Origin: Vermamoeba vermiformis | Lineage: Eukaryota | Assembly (NCBI GenBank): GCA_045837725.1 | Contig: JBEWZL010000227.1 | Location: 248,001-312,000, forward strand | DNA: 64,000 nucleotides | Direction: 5' to 3' | Notes under the pieces: model-generated | Seen by the model: the letters and a program-made list of their open reading frames with translations, nothing else | Told to the model about the DNA's origin: nothing | Database searches by the model: none | In this document: in pieces, positions 59,957 through 64,000 of the stretch | Layout: every line of letters starts with the position of its first letter | How positions within the stretch are numbered: position 1 is the stretch's first letter | Translations under genes and position numbers: made by a program

Positions 59957-60593
59957 TCATTCGGTACGAGTCGTCTCGTGCAATTTAGCGCGTAAGTTTT
60001 CTTGCATTATTTTCGTGCACACAAAAGACGTTTCGTGTGTCAAATATCAAAACAAATAAAATCTTTCGCTCGATCTCCTGTCAGTGATTCACTGGCAATT
60101 TTTCTCGTGTTTTACACTGCCAATTGAATCGAATGATTCGACCTAGCGCTACTTTACTCTAACTACTTTCTCAAGCGCATCCGTATTGCCACTATCGAAC
60201 CGTTTGGCGCGCCGTGTCCCGCGTAAGAATTGTACAATGCGCGGCGGATGTCCGCTATTGAACTTAACAGAATCTCCGTTCAATTTAGCGTGCTAATCGT
60301 CGTTTAAAGCGATTGTTTGAGCGTTTGAGGTAGGTAATTAAAGCTCCGTTACAAATCCGTTGAGGATTTCAGAAATGTCTTTTTGAAGCCTAAGCGGCTC
60401 CAAGTATATACATAACAACTATGTATAGTCGATACGAAGTGCGATTGCGACTAGGAGCGTTCCAAACTGAGATCCACTCCGCGACATGTCGGTTCGCTGG
60501 ATGTCGTTTTAAGGACCTCGAAACTTCTTTAGATAATACGGTTAGTTCTATATGAAGACCAAACGTTTATTTTACAATAGATTCGTCCAGTTG

Positions 60594-61485
60594 TTAATTT
60601 TTGGCGTTGATTGGACCTCTTTGGATCGAGTTTGTCTTCAAACGTGATTTGTACATTCGTTGTGTATCTATCTGACACTATTACTTATATTATAGATACT
60701 ACTTTACATCAAAATCGTATTTCTGCTTTTAATTTCGGTTGATTTGGCTGCGATCTGGTCCAACATTTGAATCTGACCTACTTATAGGCTTAGATGCGCC
60801 ATTTTCGATACAAGCACCTAAAAAATCGTTATTAATATATCTTCTATGATGGTTTGAGTCCAAAATAGAATTTCAAGGCGGATGTCCTATTCGCCAAACT
60901 TACTCATCCAGCTTTCGCGTTCTTGAGAATTTTCTGCAATTATATAATATGTTCTGCTTGGTGTAGCTACAGTGAATTCATAAGGATGATTCAAGTCCGA
61001 ATAAGCGCACCTACAAATTGGAAAATAATGAGAAGATTAAAATAATTAAATTTCAGGCTGTTATTTTTAATTTGACCGTTACGAAACAATAAATATGATT
61101 AATTAAAGGCATATAGACTAATATACAATTTTTTTGGTGGTTTTTAGTTTGAAAAAACGTACCGACATCCAGCTAAAGAAATAGCACCAAGTTCTTTGCC
61201 ATTAGGCCCGTCAAAATAAGACATACGACCATTCTGTACTATAAAATAACGCTTTTTCCAGTTTTTTACAATTGCTCCTTGTTTAGTAAGCCAGCCGTGT
61301 TTTGAAACTTCGGCCTACAAGTCAATCTCGTGAGATCAGTTGAAAAACTCGCGCGATATTATTATTAATGTAATTAAATAGCTCTATTACTTATATTTAT
61401 GCTATTCAATGAGATATTACAGCGATTTTACCTTTTGTAAGGGCTCCAATAATGCATTTACAGTATTTAAATCGTTCTTGCTCAT
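60594..61485 (-). CDS. Small PH-domain protein (missed by the ORF track)
   Basis: Exons give KHGWLTKQGAIVKNWKKRYFIVQNGRMSYF..ELGAISL and FTVATPSRTYYIIAENSQERESWM. Termini approximate. Confidence 0.8.
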
Positions 61486-62070
61486 TCTATAATTAAATTT
61501 TATGTTAGCTGGATAAATAAATATTATTCGACGAATATGAATGGTTTAATAAATTAATTAATTGGAATTGATGTGCCACATCCGCCACAAAATTATTCAC
61601 ACGTAATTTCAAAGAAATAGCACGACCTATAGGCCATTTTATATTGCTATAATATTTCGTTAATAAAATTGCCATTATTTGTAATATAGTTAACGGTCTA
61701 CAGCAGATCTGGATGTAAAAAAATATCTTGGACAATTAAATTACGCACCGTTAGAGCCCAATACGCCCACCAATATTTTTCAATAAATATAATACAAGTA
61801 GTGGTTCATATAATAGAAATTATAGGACGAAATGAATCGACGGGACCGACAATTTTGTGCATGCACATTTTCGGGACTGGTCGCCAATGAGTTCTTTTTT
61901 TGCAACTATTGTTTAAATTACCACTACTAGATGTAAAAAACCTTAGTGTATTCTAAACGTTGTGTTTGCATTTGAACCTGACCCGCATCTGAGATCGAGG
62001 TTGGAAATTTGACGCGTTAAAAAATAGATCAGCAGTAAAAGAACTTAATTTGGATAAATTTGAATATAAT

Positions 62071-64000
62071 ATGGAGAAGAACGACGATAGAGTTATTAAC
62101 AACGAGGAGTAAGTGTTAGACAATCTATTTTCGATAAATTTCTCACTTTATTTATTCTTAATTCATATTAATCTTTTAATCGTTATTAGTAATCAATTTT
62201 ATATGCATTTAATGCTATTCAAATAGCAATATTATATTACGGATTTATTTTATTATTTTAAATACGCACCTCAAACAAATAATGCGATGTGACGTCACAT
62301 CGAGGCTTACATAATGATTTCAGCAATCTACTATTATAATAATGTGCTATTTCAGGTTCGAGAACGATGCCGCTACAACAGCAGCAGATCTGATTCTAGA
62401 TGTTGAAAACAAAATAACCGATGCCATGAGCCCAAGTGAGGCAGTCAAATGCAACGACGATAATAATGAAATTCATATATCAAACAACAATAATACCATG
62501 GACGCAGCTGCTCAAAGTTCAAGCAATAATCTGCAACAAGCGAAACTTTCTAAAAAAGGAAACTCCGTTACCTTTCATACAGAACAACAGAGACAACGCG
62601 CGATAGGCCTTAATAGCGCCTCTAAAGAGGATAAGAAGTATTTACAATTAAATGACGCGTTTTTCCCGCCAATGAAAGTTGAAAAAGGCAGTTGGCTGTC
62701 CGAGAATAAAGAAAATGCGCAGCCCTTCTCAATTTACAAGAAAAAGAATGCCATATTGCCGTAAGTATATTAATATACATAGTATATTCGCTAGAAGTAT
62801 TGATGTTCCGCTTTTAAGTCTAATTTGGCGTTTTCGCTTGATCAGATCAAACTTTTGAAATTTTGAAACTTTTAAAGCGACAACATCCCTTATTAGTATA
62901 TAATATTATGAACGACACTATCTAAATGAATTGCACGTCATTCACATATTTAAAACAAATGCAAATTAGTTTTCTTTCGAATGTCCGTTCACGAACTGAT
63001 TTCCTTTTATAGCAAACCGACGAAAAACGTTATCTACGTGATACCCCTGGGAGACTTCCCAGAAGGTCTATCGCCAGATTTGTCAATCGTGCAACACTTC
63101 ACGGCCAGTTACTTTTACCCCGTTACAGTCGTGTTTTTGACACCTGTCAAAGAAATCGAGCGTACAGACCTCCATATGACAGTTGAGATTGAAGATGTCA
63201 AAAACAGGCTTGTAAAGCGACGCTACAAGCTGGCGATTGAGCTCCGAAATGGCAAAGTCATGTTTTTGACAGGTGACATCAAAGACATGTTGTTGAAAGA
63301 GAAATATTACTTGACCAATCGTAAGTACACCAATGACATCCACGTGATTTGTCGTGTCCGGACAGTAACGTATACGATGGCACGTGTCAAACGGCGTGTT
63401 CGAAAATCATTTCACTGAAATTCATTGCCACGCGACACGTAGCGCAGTTTTCATTCAATGACACGTTAAATTAACTTTGACATTTCTAAGTGTCATTTCG
63501 CGACGTTCTTCGTAATGACACGTGTCAACTCATGTTATCGATGCATTTCCCACCGAACTAACCGAGTAAATTTCACTTAGCATTCTGCGTCACGGCGATT
63601 ACTTTATGCGGCCTATTCACGAACTCTAAGGAATCCAAGTACCGCTATTTGTTAGGTAAATTATTCGACATCCGGCAAACGGATCAAATCCACAAAAAAA
63701 AACTAGCAGATCTAACTAAAAGTTCCTTATATGATTAGGTGAAGCATCAATAGGCCGTGGAGTAGGCGTGTTTCGCTGCGCTGGTTACAACAATCCTGAC
63801 GCCGTAAATTACCGCGACAAGTTGCTTCGACGTGCGTGTCAAGTACTTGCGCACGAGATTGGACACTTGTTTGGCCTCGAACACTGCACGTACCACGAGT
63901 GCGGCATGAACGGTGCCGTTGATATTCAAGAGAACGATCAGCTGCCGATTCATTTGTGTCCTGTGTGCCTCCACAAGCTCACATATGCGACTGGTTGCAG
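62071..64000 (+). CDS. Archaemetzincin-like zinc metalloprotease (M54), runs off the window
   Basis: GSWLSENKE..QPF, VIYVIPLG, and HEIGHLFGLEHCTYHECGMNG..LCPVCLHKL. Confidence 0.88.

Noticed and set aside
1-64000. Autonomous transposon, retroelement or integrated virus
   Set aside because: No transposase, reverse transcriptase, integrase or capsid motifs recognised in the ORF track.

Overview
AT-rich, intron-rich eukaryotic nuclear DNA with short GT-AG introns (mostly 45-250 nt) and about 25 protein-coding loci. The gene content suggests an amoebozoan or similar protist: an RWP-RK factor, a class C GPCR, giant-virus-like F-box/ankyrin genes, F-box/LRR genes and GPI-type surface proteins. That assignment is inference. 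Exon models were spliced by eye, so boundaries are approximate. Main highlights: (1) a divergent two-gene carotenoid cluster in which a membrane-type lycopene cyclase is fused to phytoene desaturase (CrtY-CrtI) and phytoene synthase is separate, with its own C-terminal hydrophobic tail; (2) a ~950-nt intron holding tRNA-Gly and tRNA-Thr, with three tandem 68-69 bp units built from the tRNA-Gly 5' part and a bulged hairpin; (3) a Rab1/8-like GTPase with an MGNC N-terminus and no C-terminal prenylation cysteines; (4) a perfect palindrome TGACACGTGTCA found at least 12 times, mostly in introns; (5) a large nucleotidyltransferase-like/ankyrin protein; (6) an intronless secreted beta-solenoid plus alpha/beta-hydrolase fusion. 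Several tandem duplicates carry frameshifts, which may be decay or assembly error.
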